The position numbers and the translations under genes are program-made. Under the pieces are notes generated by a model. The model was not told the DNA's origin. It saw only the letters and a program-made list of their open reading frames with translations, and searched no databases. Shown in pieces: positions 26,477-36,892 of a DNA stretch of 64,000 nucleotides; position 1 is the first letter of the stretch, and each line of letters opens with the position of its first letter. The stretch comes from Calditrichaceae bacterium (GTDB taxonomy: Bacteria; Calditrichota; Calditrichia; Calditrichales; JBFXGD01), in contig JBFXLE010000007.1 of assembly GCA_050173015.1 (NCBI GenBank), positions 64,001-128,000 on the forward strand, given 5' to 3'.

Positions 26477-29400
26477 TTATTCCTTATTCGGCATATCCTG
26501 CCCGGTCGGGACACTCTCTGCCGGCCTCTCTTTCACAATTAATCGAGTTTCCATTCTGGATTCATCGGTTCCGTCACTAACAGTAACCGTGATAGTACTT
26601 TCACCCGCCTGATTTTCAGCAGGTGTCCAGCTGAATGCGCCCGATTTTGAATCCAGACTTGATCCCGCCGGCAATCCGCTGGCAGTGTATTTCAGATTAT
26701 CTCCATCCGGCTCATCGGCTGAATAAGAGAAGGTCAGTGTTGAACCGGCTTCGGTTTCTTTTGAAGCCGGCCCTTTGATTTCGGGTTTTCTGTTCACATT
26801 GATTACTGTTATTTTTACCGTTGACGATACCGTTATTTCACCATCAGAGACATTAAATGCCACCTCATATTTACCCGACTGATCATAACCCGGTTTCCAG
26901 CTAAATGTTTGCCCATCGAATGTCGCTCCTTCCGGCAAATTCGCTGCGGTGTAATTGAGTGTTGTGCCGGCGTCTTCATCACTCGCTTCGACAGAGAATG
27001 ACAGAGCTTGCTCTTCATTGACAACCTGGTCATTAACCTGACTAAATACCGGTTTTCGATTTACATTATTCACTGTGATAACCACCGGTGATTTAATCAT
27101 CTCTTCACCATCAGTCACACTGAATGAAACCGTATATGTTCCTGCCTGTTCATAATTCGGTACCCATGTGAACAATCGGGCTTGACTATCAAAATTAGCG
27201 CCATCCGGCAGATTTTCGACTGAGTAAATCAAAGTTGTCCCCTGATCATCGTCCGCCGCGTTTATTTTGAAACTAAGCTCCTTATTCTCATCCACCGACT
27301 GATTCTTTAATTCGATAAACTTTGGAGGACGGTTTACGTTTTCAACCGTTATATCGGCAGAGATATTTGACCCTGCTTTTCCGTCACTTACTTTAAAAGT
27401 TACCTTATAAGAACCGGCCTGTTCAAAACCGGGCTTCCAGGTGAAAGTCCTTGCCGCCGGATCAAATACGCTTCCATCCGGTAGATTTTCCGCAGAATAG
27501 GTCAATGTATTATCCGTATCTTCATCCGTAGCATTAACCGCGAAGGACAGCTCGGAATTTTCTTTAACGATTTGAGCCGCCAATTCCTGCATAACCGGCG
27601 CGCGGTTAAGATCATCTATCGTAATAACGCCGGTTTTTGTGTCAGATAATCCTCCCGTATCCGTCACCTTATATTTAATACTGAATGGACCCGCCTGCAG
27701 GAAATTTGGTTTCCATGTCAACAGACCTGATTTGCCATCAAATACCGATCCTTCCGGCAAACCAGCCGCTTCAAAAACCAGATTGCCCTGATCCTCATTA
27801 TCGGGATCACTTGCAGTCAGATTTACCAGCAGTTCAGTATTTTCAATTCCCTTAACGTCTGCCACTGCCGTTAGCACGGGCGGGCGATTTACATGATTCA
27901 CTGTGATATCAAAAGTCTTTTCATCAGTGAGGCCACCCGGATCGACAGCCGTAATTTTTATACCCGCGTATTCACCGGATTGATCAAAATCAGGAGTCCA
28001 TGTAAATGCTCCTGAAACCGGATCAAATACAGCGCCTTTCGGTAAATTTAATACCGATAATGTTATTTTCCCGTTATCCTCTTTATCAGGATCAGAAAAA
28101 TCAATTTTAGACGTCCATTTCGTGTTTTCATCGATAGTTTGTGACTCCATCACCGCAAGCTGCGGAGCCCTGTTAACATGATTCACGGTAATATTCAGCG
28201 GTTTTGTCACGGTAAACTCGCCATCTGACGCTTTTAAAGTCACCGCGTAGGTCCCGGATTGTTCAAAAGTTGGTTTCCATCCCAATGTTAAAGCTTCCGG
28301 ATCAAATATCGCGCCTTCCGGTAATGTCTCGGCCGAGTAAATTATTTTCCCTGCATCTTCTTTATCAGGATCGACGGCCGGCTTGATCACATATTTGAGA
28401 TCCGCATTTTCATCAATGGTCTGTGCCGGCTGATCCGGGAAAACCGGTGTGCGATTGACATGATTAACCCCAATATTCACATTCTTTTCTACAAATAAAC
28501 CCTGTGGATCTGTATTTGTCACTTTAATGACATAAGTTCCGGATTGTTCGAATGTGGGAGTCCATGTTAGTTCTCCCGCCACGGCATTGAAAACCGCGCC
28601 TTCCGGCATGCCGGCCGCAGATAAGACCCATTTCCCCGCGTCTTCCTTATCAGGATCAGAGGCTTCCGTTTTAAAAGTTAGAAGCGTATTTTCATTGACT
28701 GTCTTGTCGGATATCTCCGCCAGCACGGGTACACGGTTAACATGATTTACCGTGACTACTGTTTTCTTTTTATCCGTTAAACGACCGTCACTGACCATAA
28801 ATTCAACAGGGTAGGTTCCGGACTGTTCGAAAGTCGGTGTCCAGATGAAATCCGTACCTTCCAGGCTTGCTCCTTCGGGAAGCCCACTCGCTGAAAAGAC
28901 AAGTTTCCCTGCATCCTCAATATCCGGATCAGATCCGCTTAGACTGAACGTCAGAGACACATTTTCATCGACAATCTTCGGTTCAAGCGCTGCAAGTACC
29001 GGCGGACGGTTGACGTGTTCCACCGATATATTCATTGATTTGCTTTCTTCAAGACCGGCCACATCTTTCACGGTGAAGATTATATTCTGATAATCGCCGG
29101 ACTGCTCATAATCCGGTATCCAGCTAAACAGAAGTGAATCCGGATTAAATTTTGATCCTTTTGGTAAATTGGAAGCGCTATACTTTAATTTTCCTGTATC
29201 TTCTTTGTCGGGATCGTTTCCTGAAATGGTGAACGTCAGCAAACTGTTCTCATTGACAACTTTATCCTTCAAATCTGCCAAAACCGGCGGGCGATTGACA
29301 TTTGCCACGGATATATCAACATCAATTGAATCACTCATGGCTCCGGCTCTGAAGATGAACTGCAGCTTTTTATACTCGCCTGATTGATCATAAGTCGGTG

Positions 29401-31132
29401 TCCAGGAAAATTCTGCCGTTGCCGGATTAAATTCTGATCCCGCGGGCAGATTTTGAGCAAGATAACTCAATTTATCCTGATCTTCCCTGTCAGGGTCACT
29501 CCCGTTCAAAGTAAATTTTATCACGCTTGCTTCAGCGGCAGCGATTGGCATTACCGGTTCAAGCGTTGGTTTCCTGTCAACATGACGAACGGTAATTGTC
29601 GCGCCTTCACGCATTAAAGCTCCCGGCGGATCATGAATCAGAAAATCTATGGTGTAAACTCCGGACTGTTCAAAATTAGGTGTCCAGTTGAATTTCCTGG
29701 TTTTTGAGTCAAAGATCGCGCCTTCGGGTAAACTTTCTGCCGTGTAAGTCAACAGTCCCTGATCTTCCTTGTCCGGATCAGATCCTTCAGGAATAACAAA
29801 AGCAAGAGGCTTATTCTCATCTATATCGTAATCGGGGATTTCCGGAATGGACGGAGGCCTGTTCACATGGATCACATTGACGCTAAATGTGGTTGGTGTG
29901 GTCAGTTCACTCGCTGTGCGTTCAATAACCTTAATCGTCACTCCCGGATAATCACCGGATTGTTCGAAATCCGGGGTCCATGAAAACGCGCCGCTCAAAG
30001 TATCAAACATGGCGCCCGGAGGCAGGTTTTCGATTTCAAAATGTATGGCGTCGCCATCCGGATCGAAAGCTTCTGCCTGTAATGCAAGAGTCATATTTTC
30101 ATCAACAGTCTGATTTTCTATTTGCGTTATTACCGGCGGGTGATTATGTCGGACAATAATTGTTTTATCGTCTGCGGCAATGTATACATAAACATCGTTT
30201 TTCCATACAGCATATACCTTACCTTCAGAAATATAATCCGCTTCCTTGACCGGTTTTTTAAGATCGGTAACATCCACAATTTCAAGTTTTCTTCTAAGTT
30301 CATTGGCGAGATAGAGCGAATTGCCGGCTTTATACGCATTATAAACATAACCATCAATCGGTACTTTGGAAATCAATGATGGAAATTTCGGATTGGTCAC
30401 ATTAATTATCCAGAGACCATCCGGACCATTGGCAACATAAGCGGTTCCATTGTCCACCTGGACTGTTTTCGCGTTACTCATCTGCGCGTATTGCCCGAGC
30501 CTCACCGGCAAAGCAGGATTTGAAATATCCAGTATAATTAATCCGCCGTTTTTATCGGCTACATATAATGTTGATCCTTCTATATACAGACCCCACGCCC
30601 AGCGTGGTGTATCATAGTTTCCGATCAGCTTTGGCGCGTTCAGATCACTGATATCATATATATTTACCCCAAGTAATTCTTCGGCAACATACACATACGG
30701 ATATTCTGCTACAACCCAAAACGCATCGCCCTTTGTCCGGATTCTTCCAACAGATTCGATATTTGACGGATTTGAAATATCAAGAATTTCGACTCCGTAC
30801 AATTCTTCGGACATATATGCGTAGTTTTCATGAACAAATACGTTGTGCGCCCGGTGCTCTGATCTGTAAACACCTAATTCCCTGGGATTTTCGGGACTTG
30901 TTACATCCAGAACCTGAAGCCCTGACCAGACATTCGTTACATATAAACGAAAATCCTTAAAAAAGATATTTTGAATACCATCAGTCACCTGCTCTCCCGT
31001 CAGCAATTTGGCGGGCGGTTTGGAACTGATAAATTCAGCGCTGGCTTTTTGTCCATAGGTGGGATGATTAAGAACTAATCCAAATAACAAAACAAATAGT
31101 AGATTCCGGAACATGCGTCCTCTGGAATTCAT
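26477..31132 (-). CDS. Large secreted protein: LVIVD-repeat propeller plus 13 tandem Ig/cadherin-like domains
   Basis: Signal peptide; GLxILDISNP repeats; 13 units of ~93 aa starting (V)NRxP with DPD and LPxGAxF..F.WTP.FEQSG.Y. Confidence 0.85.
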   Translation of the reverse strand: MNSRGRMFRNLLFVLLFGLVLNHPTYGQKASAEFISSKPPAKLLTGEQVTDGIQNIFFKDFRLYVTNVWSGLQVLDVTSPENPRELGVYRSEHRAHNVFVHENYAYMSEELYGVEILDISNPSNIESVGRIRTKGDAFWVVAEYPYVYVAEELLGVNIYDISDLNAPKLIGNYDTPRWAWGLYIEGSTLYVADKNGGLIILDISNPALPVRLGQYAQMSNAKTVQVDNGTAYVANGPDGLWIINVTNPKFPSLISKVPIDGYVYNAYKAGNSLYLANELRRKLEIVDVTDLKKPVKEADYISEGKVYAVWKNDVYVYIAADDKTIIVRHNHPPVITQIENQTVDENMTLALQAEAFDPDGDAIHFEIENLPPGAMFDTLSGAFSWTPDFEQSGDYPGVTIKVIERTASELTTPTTFSVNVIHVNRPPSIPEIPDYDIDENKPLAFVIPEGSDPDKEDQGLLTYTAESLPEGAIFDSKTRKFNWTPNFEQSGVYTIDFLIHDPPGALMREGATITVRHVDRKPTLEPVMPIAAAEASVIKFTLNGSDPDREDQDKLSYLAQNLPAGSEFNPATAEFSWTPTYDQSGEYKKLQFIFRAGAMSDSIDVDISVANVNRPPVLADLKDKVVNENSLLTFTISGNDPDKEDTGKLKYSASNLPKGSKFNPDSLLFSWIPDYEQSGDYQNIIFTVKDVAGLEESKSMNISVEHVNRPPVLAALEPKIVDENVSLTFSLSGSDPDIEDAGKLVFSASGLPEGASLEGTDFIWTPTFEQSGTYPVEFMVSDGRLTDKKKTVVTVNHVNRVPVLAEISDKTVNENTLLTFKTEASDPDKEDAGKWVLSAAGMPEGAVFNAVAGELTWTPTFEQSGTYVIKVTNTDPQGLFVEKNVNIGVNHVNRTPVFPDQPAQTIDENADLKYVIKPAVDPDKEDAGKIIYSAETLPEGAIFDPEALTLGWKPTFEQSGTYAVTLKASDGEFTVTKPLNITVNHVNRAPQLAVMESQTIDENTKWTSKIDFSDPDKEDNGKITLSVLNLPKGAVFDPVSGAFTWTPDFDQSGEYAGIKITAVDPGGLTDEKTFDITVNHVNRPPVLTAVADVKGIENTELLVNLTASDPDNEDQGNLVFEAAGLPEGSVFDGKSGLLTWKPNFLQAGPFSIKYKVTDTGGLSDTKTGVITIDDLNRAPVMQELAAQIVKENSELSFAVNATDEDTDNTLTYSAENLPDGSVFDPAARTFTWKPGFEQAGSYKVTFKVSDGKAGSNISADITVENVNRPPKFIELKNQSVDENKELSFKINAADDDQGTTLIYSVENLPDGANFDSQARLFTWVPNYEQAGTYTVSFSVTDGEEMIKSPVVITVNNVNRKPVFSQVNDQVVNEEQALSFSVEASDEDAGTTLNYTAANLPEGATFDGQTFSWKPGYDQSGKYEVAFNVSDGEITVSSTVKITVINVNRKPEIKGPASKETEAGSTLTFSYSADEPDGDNLKYTASGLPAGSSLDSKSGAFSWTPAENQAGESTITVTVSDGTDESRMETRLIVKERPAESVPTGQDMPNKE

Positions 31133-31566
31133 AGCGTGCTCCTATTTGTGGTATGCTTCAATGCATAATTAATTGAGAATTAATGATTTAAATTCGCGAT
31201 AATTTACCTTTGTCAGTTTAGGAAATCAAGCTGTATCGTCAAATGGGATTCTTCACAAGTCCTATACTCGGCGATGGCACTTGATTTCTTTAGTAATTAA
31301 ATATTTTACATAACCATAGAATACAGCCGGTATTCCATAGATTTCAGATTGATCCTACTACAAGTTTTTTGCCAAAACCCCGGGGTCTTTTGTATAATTA
31401 ACAATACAATAAATCACCGTTTTTAAATCCTGAAATTGTGCAAAAATTTCCCATCATCAGTATTTTATCACCTCTAAAAAATAACCAAATCCCTAAACGC
31501 TGTGCATGCATATCTGGCCTGAGAATTGCATAGGATATTCTCTGAACAATTAAAAACAGGAATGAC

Positions 31567-32265
31567 ATGCGAAGTATTAAATATATTCTAATACTAGTCT
31601 TCATAACCGTCAATTTAGGTTTAGGCGGAGGCCCGGAGAATCCAGCTCTCAACCAATTCCTCATTGGTTTTGAAAAAAGGATCGATCCCGCCGCAAGAAA
31701 AGCGTTACTCGATCGATATCAGGGAACAATTATCAAAGAAATAAATGGGTATTCATTCCCAGTTTATTTAGTCGAAATCAATCGTGTTTCAACTGACAGC
31801 ATGAATCCTGCTAACGTACTCGACAAACTTGAACATGAAAGCGGAATAATGTACGTTTCATTGCGTGAAAAAAATGACGATGAAAAAGAAATACTTGATG
31901 TTTATCCTACCAATCCGCTGAGGCAGGGTGATTTCAGGATTACAAAACCTCAAACATCAAAATATGCTTCAAATTATAAACCGCAGACCGCAAACTCATA
32001 CGAAGAAATCATTTCGCTTCATATTCCTGAACTACATAAAATCGCCCTAAAGTCCAACACGAACAAAAAATCGGCGAGATATAACTCTGTATTCGAAATT
32101 AGCATCGATAAAAAAGGCGTGGTTACATACGTGCGTATCGTTAAGAGCGGCATTCACGATGCCGGCCTTAGAAAAAAACTTCGTGATTTCATATACAGCT
32201 GGAATGATTTTCCTGAACGAACCGCTCCTGAGACACTTAAAGTTACATTTAAATTTGATATGTAA
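31567..32265 (+). CDS. Exported hypothetical protein: subtilase-propeptide-like N-terminus and TonB-C/AgmX-like C-terminus
   Basis: Signal peptide; NQFLIGF...VYLVEI...LEHESGIMYV; FEISIDKKGVVTYVRIVKS...WNDFP. Confidence 0.45.
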   Translation: MRSIKYILILVFITVNLGLGGGPENPALNQFLIGFEKRIDPAARKALLDRYQGTIIKEINGYSFPVYLVEINRVSTDSMNPANVLDKLEHESGIMYVSLREKNDDEKEILDVYPTNPLRQGDFRITKPQTSKYASNYKPQTANSYEEIISLHIPELHKIALKSNTNKKSARYNSVFEISIDKKGVVTYVRIVKSGIHDAGLRKKLRDFIYSWNDFPERTAPETLKVTFKFDM

Positions 32266-32267
32266 CA

Positions 32268-33128
32268 CTACCGAAGCGATTCGGAACTCGCCGGGTCAAC
32301 CGGCATCACCGGAACCGCGGTATAAACGAACAAAAACCGCTCAAGCAGTTCACCCAAAACCAGAAACATTCCTATAAAATAAAAACTCTCAATCTTGCCC
32401 AGAAAGTGGTATGCCACATATATTAACGGGATGAATAAACCTATAATTATGCGCAGGGCAAAAAGAAAATTATGCTGCATCATCATAATTCGGGCTGTCT
32501 GATATGTCTCGGCAGAACGTTTGGTTAAAAATTTAAACCGCGCGTAGATAATCAGAATTTCAAGCAGAAGTACGGTTAGAATCATATTCGCGATCAAATT
32601 CTGCATTTCCGGCCCCCTGAACACCCAAATCAAGGCAGAAATACCCGTTTTCGCCAAACCCGCCATAATATTTGTCGCCGTTGTCGGATGTCTCCACGCG
32701 GGCAAACCGTCTTTGACCAAAGCGTCCTGGAATCTATAAAACAGATAAATCCCATATCCCGCTGCCGCCAATTCTACTATTTTGATATTTATTCCCGCTT
32801 TATTGAAGAGATAAAAACCATACATAAAAAGGATCAGAACACTAAATCCGTAAAATGTGGGCCGTAATTTTATAGCCCATTCAAACCTTGTCAGCTTTTC
32901 GACATTCGACTGGTATAAAATCCCGACCGGCGTGATGATCAGAGTCGCGAATCCGGCTAAAAACAACAGCGCCTGATAATAAGAACCTATAATTTCAGGA
33001 TTTATTTTTACCCGCGAATATATCACAAAAAACAATGTGACAAATCCACCGACGGCAAGGATAAATGCGTTACTGAAGAGAAACAACCAATTTTTAGCGA
33101 ATCTTTCATTTAGGTCCATATTATTCAT
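32268..33128 (-). CDS. DmsC-like membrane anchor protein (start uncertain)
   Basis: About 8 hydrophobic segments, PAWRHP and GELLERFLF motifs. Confidence 0.55.
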   Translation of the reverse strand: MNNMDLNERFAKNWLFLFSNAFILAVGGFVTLFFVIYSRVKINPEIIGSYYQALLFLAGFATLIITPVGILYQSNVEKLTRFEWAIKLRPTFYGFSVLILFMYGFYLFNKAGINIKIVELAAAGYGIYLFYRFQDALVKDGLPAWRHPTTATNIMAGLAKTGISALIWVFRGPEMQNLIANMILTVLLLEILIIYARFKFLTKRSAETYQTARIMMMQHNFLFALRIIIGLFIPLIYVAYHFLGKIESFYFIGMFLVLGELLERFLFVYTAVPVMPVDPASSESLR

Positions 33129-34392
33129 GTATAATTCTCTCAAGAAAATGGCGGAAATTATCAGTTAAATTCTTTCTGGAGTACTTTTCAATGCCATTGA
33201 ATGTAAATTCCGGAATCAACTTGGTCCACTCCGCCAGCACTCGCGCGATTTCACTGATTCTGCTGGGAGGAATAACTCTGCCAGAATTTGTTTTGACAAT
33301 TAAATCGGCCGCTTCTCCGGTTTCAGGAACAAGCGCGAGAATCGGTTTACGAAGCCTTAGATATTCGTACACTTTACCACCGATAGTCATATCACTTTTG
33401 GAGTACTTATCATCCAGAATGAAACAACAAGCATCCATTCCGCTCAAAAGCTCAAGACAGTTCTTATGTTCCTGATAGCCCCATTCTTTAATATTTGACT
33501 CAATCCCATATTTTTTCGCAAGGGTCTTTAATGAAATCATTGATTTACCGATGTGGTGGAACTGTATTTTACGGATTTTTTCCGGATATTTTTTTTCAAC
33601 CAACGCAATCGCCTTAAAAAGATTCTCCGGATTATTGATATGGGAATAAAAAGTCCCGGAAAACGCAAGATTAAAATAACCATCATCCAGATTTACAGGG
33701 GAGAGAGAATCAAAATCCTCCTCATCAAACCCGTTCGGAATAGTCTCCCAGTTTGCCGCGTCAAATCCCGGGATTGTGTTTTGATAATTATCAACAAGAG
33801 ATTTATAGGCGGCAACACCATATTTAACGCGAGAGATACTATCCAACTCGTATTTGTAATCCATTTTAAAGTGAAATGGTGTGGGGTGTATCTTATACGG
33901 ATTCATTGTCCAGGGATCACGCATATCCAAAATCACAGGTAAACTGACTTCCTGAGTTAACTCGGCCGCCAGAATTGCCAGTGAATACGGAGGGGCGGTT
34001 ATCAAAATACAATCATATTTTTTTTGATTAATTTCAGTCAGGATTGCATTTTTGGCGGGTGCAATCCAATCCTTTCTCATATCCGGAATATAATAAAAAG
34101 CGCTGAGCCATCGTTTCCAATATGAAGCATCCTTGAGAAAAGGAAGATTTTTCAAAACCTGTTTTTCAATGACAGGAAGATTATTTAACACACGTATAAT
34201 CTCAACTTCACCCGGAATTTCCTGTAGAAGCGAGTAATCAGACGGAACACTCTCCAACTGATCTCCCGCGGTCACAACAGAGAAGTTCCAGTCATCCCGT
34301 GAAAGGTACTTTATGAGTTTCAGGATTCTTTGAACCCCTCCGCCGCCTAAGGGTGCAAAATAATAAGAAACAATCAGACACCGTTTATCCAA
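33121..34392 (-). CDS. GT4-family glycosyltransferase
   Basis: YYFAPLGGGGVQRI, TAPPYS, DMRDPW, IPNGFDEED, GKVYEYL. Confidence 0.88.
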   Translation of the reverse strand: MDKRCLIVSYYFAPLGGGGVQRILKLIKYLSRDDWNFSVVTAGDQLESVPSDYSLLQEIPGEVEIIRVLNNLPVIEKQVLKNLPFLKDASYWKRWLSAFYYIPDMRKDWIAPAKNAILTEINQKKYDCILITAPPYSLAILAAELTQEVSLPVILDMRDPWTMNPYKIHPTPFHFKMDYKYELDSISRVKYGVAAYKSLVDNYQNTIPGFDAANWETIPNGFDEEDFDSLSPVNLDDGYFNLAFSGTFYSHINNPENLFKAIALVEKKYPEKIRKIQFHHIGKSMISLKTLAKKYGIESNIKEWGYQEHKNCLELLSGMDACCFILDDKYSKSDMTIGGKVYEYLRLRKPILALVPETGEAADLIVKTNSGRVIPPSRISEIARVLAEWTKLIPEFTFNGIEKYSRKNLTDNFRHFLERIIHE

Positions 34393-35024
34393 TTCTGTCG
34401 TTCCAGTTCCTTAATTGGTTGATAAATTATATTAAAATCATCTTCATTATTTTCAAAATCTCTGTGGGTGGTATCTATAGTCACTACTCTCAGGCCCGCT
34501 GTCTTAGCCCTTTCTATCCAGGCGTCATACGCTTCATTCAGTCGGGCAAGATATTTTGGATCGATGGTTTGTTCATAATCCCTGCCTCTTTTTTGAATAT
34601 GCTGAATCAGACGTTCTACGGGTGATTTCAGATATACAATCAGATCAGGCTGCCTCAGATAACTGACCATTATCGAGAACAAATCCCTGTAATTACTATA
34701 ATCTTTATCAGACATGAATCCCTGTTTATGGAGCGTGTAGGCAAAAATCTCCACATCTTCATAGATAGACCGATCCTGAATACAGGAATCAGGCCATTCC
34801 GTAATTTCCTTTTGACTTCTGAAGCGATTTGACAGAAAAAACACCTGCAAATGAAAACTCCACCTGTTCATATCTTTGTAAAAATCTGACAGATATGGAT
34901 TGTCAATTACCTTCTCAAAATATGCTTTCCAGCCTAATTTTTCGCTTAACATTTTCGTTAATGTTGTTTTCCCAACTCCGATATTTCCCGCTATCGCGAC
35001 AAATAGCTTTCTTTTCTCCGGCAA
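34374..35024 (-). CDS. Deoxynucleoside kinase
   Basis: GNIGVGKTT, QDRSIYED, RGRDYE. Confidence 0.9.
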   Translation of the reverse strand: MPEKRKLFVAIAGNIGVGKTTLTKMLSEKLGWKAYFEKVIDNPYLSDFYKDMNRWSFHLQVFFLSNRFRSQKEITEWPDSCIQDRSIYEDVEIFAYTLHKQGFMSDKDYSNYRDLFSIMVSYLRQPDLIVYLKSPVERLIQHIQKRGRDYEQTIDPKYLARLNEAYDAWIERAKTAGLRVVTIDTTHRDFENNEDDFNIIYQPIKELERQNWINGV

Positions 35025-35043
35025 CGTTCCTGTCTCCTGTGTT

Positions 35044-35976
35044 TCAATTATTTACGGACTTTTCTAATCCATTATATTTATTCATGCTTTTTTTAAATCT
35101 TGACGGCAGACGTTCCAGGTTATGTCCGTACTGACCGGTAACCCATGAAGCCATTCCGCTCGCGAAATTCGCGCTTTTTCTCACATTTCCGGTCCTTATC
35201 AGCGCCGCCAGAAATGCTCCATGGAATACATCTCCCGCATTTGTCATATCTTTCACCCAAGAATTTTTATGGGCGGGGACACTATAATATTGCCCTTCAT
35301 GCAGAAATATACTTCCTTCACCGCCAAGGGTGATCCCCGCTATCTTGACACCCATTCCGGCCAGATACCTTAGAAACTCTTTGGGCTCAAGATTGCTGTC
35401 AACCTGACTCATCATGTCATCAGACACGATAACAGCTCTGACATCTTTTACTATTTTTTCCCATTCCGGCCGTTTACTTCCAATGTCAAGAAACAATCCG
35501 GTGTCATTACGTAAGGATTCTGACTTTAAATTCAGTGTTAACTCAAAATCCCTGCCATCGGTGTATATCCAACGAGTATTCCCGGTAACTTTTTTTAGAT
35601 GTGATTTAGATAGAACGGGTAATATTAACGGCTGTTCTAAAATCACCGTTCTTTCACCCGTCTTCCGATCAATTATTATCACCGCATTGGGCAACGGTAC
35701 TTTTTTACGAATGGATGAATCATTTACTGCTTTTAACCCGGCCCCGGTTGTATATTTTTCAAAAAAATCCGGATTTTCTTTATAAGCGCTCAGCGGTATT
35801 CCCCAGGCAGATTTTAATCCTAAAGATGACATCGTCAGCAATCCAACGGCTGCCGGTCCGCCTAACTGTTCATGCCATTCATAACCATACATTTTACGAT
35901 TCGGCACAGGAAATTCATCAACCTTTATTAATCGGTCGTGAGTAAGAAGCCCGAATCCCACGCAGTCAAACATCAA
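35044..35976 (-). CDS. PfkB-family carbohydrate kinase
   Basis: GGPAA, ITLGGEGS, DMTNAGDVFHGAF. Confidence 0.85.
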   Translation of the reverse strand: MMFDCVGFGLLTHDRLIKVDEFPVPNRKMYGYEWHEQLGGPAAVGLLTMSSLGLKSAWGIPLSAYKENPDFFEKYTTGAGLKAVNDSSIRKKVPLPNAVIIIDRKTGERTVILEQPLILPVLSKSHLKKVTGNTRWIYTDGRDFELTLNLKSESLRNDTGLFLDIGSKRPEWEKIVKDVRAVIVSDDMMSQVDSNLEPKEFLRYLAGMGVKIAGITLGGEGSIFLHEGQYYSVPAHKNSWVKDMTNAGDVFHGAFLAALIRTGNVRKSANFASGMASWVTGQYGHNLERLPSRFKKSMNKYNGLEKSVNN

Positions 35977-35998
35977 TTTTAAATATCCGGTAAAAACA

Positions 35999-36892
35999 TT
36001 AAACAGCCATAACTAAGTTAAGGATTATCGGATAAATATCCAAAAGGGATTTAGGCATTTGCCCATGAAGAATTTCGGATTTTCCCCAAAATGCGGCATA
36101 GGCCGGATTAAAAGTGTGAGACTTGACGGATAAATCTTCAATATTTCCGTGATCACTGATGACAATTACTGCTGTCCTGCTCAAATCTATTATTTCCAGA
36201 ATGCGCGTAATAAATTTTTCCAATTGCGTCAAAATACCGACAGACATCTTCATATCTTTTTTGTGTCCCGCCTTATCTGTCAGGAAATACTCAAACAGTG
36301 TTAAATCATTCTCATCTGAAAGACGCGCCAAATTTTCAGCCGCCTTCTCCACTGTTACTACATCAACTTCAAAACCCATATTCTGAATGATCTCATTTGT
36401 GATATCGTGATAAAGAGCCCGGTGATTCTTTAGATCATCGAACTGCTTAAAAGGAAGTCCGGCACTCTGATTCATAATGATGGTGGCGGAGAGGCTGCTC
36501 CCGCTAAATATTCCAGGAGTAGTAAAAAAGACCGGTCTGAACGCGTTTACAAAAGAACTTCGGAAATTTCGGTTTGAAAGGTCTTTAAAGATAGATTTTT
36601 GTGCCAGCAATTCTCTCAGAGCGGCATTTGGAGCGCGGAACAAGTGATATCCCAACAGACCGGCAGCATTTACCCCGGTATAAATTGATGTCTGACCGGT
36701 GGCGCTCTGCGGCAATCCCTGAACGCCGAGGCACGCGTCGAGGCCTATAGAATATCCATCATGCGGTTGTTGTTTTAAATCGGTATCCCGGAAATGATTA
36801 AAAATTCCTGTTTTTAAGTGACAGCAAGGATTTTTTTTATCATCATTTTCACCGGTACCGAGTCCGTCAATAAATATCAGAAGGACTTTCAC
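35999..36892 (-). CDS. Metalloenzyme of the iPGM/alkaline phosphatase superfamily
   Basis: FIDGLG, PQSATGQT, DKAGH, SDHGNIED, HT. Confidence 0.8.
   Translation of the reverse strand: MKVLLIFIDGLGTGENDDKKNPCCHLKTGIFNHFRDTDLKQQPHDGYSIGLDACLGVQGLPQSATGQTSIYTGVNAAGLLGYHLFRAPNAALRELLAQKSIFKDLSNRNFRSSFVNAFRPVFFTTPGIFSGSSLSATIIMNQSAGLPFKQFDDLKNHRALYHDITNEIIQNMGFEVDVVTVEKAAENLARLSDENDLTLFEYFLTDKAGHKKDMKMSVGILTQLEKFITRILEIIDLSRTAVIVISDHGNIEDLSVKSHTFNPAYAAFWGKSEILHGQMPKSLLDIYPIILNLVMAV

Noticed and set aside
31231-31285. Possible riboswitch (GGCGATGG resembles the fluoride riboswitch start) in an imperfect hairpin
   Set aside because: The pairing partner and downstream conserved motif are missing, and the neighbours are unrelated; an Rfam scan would settle it.
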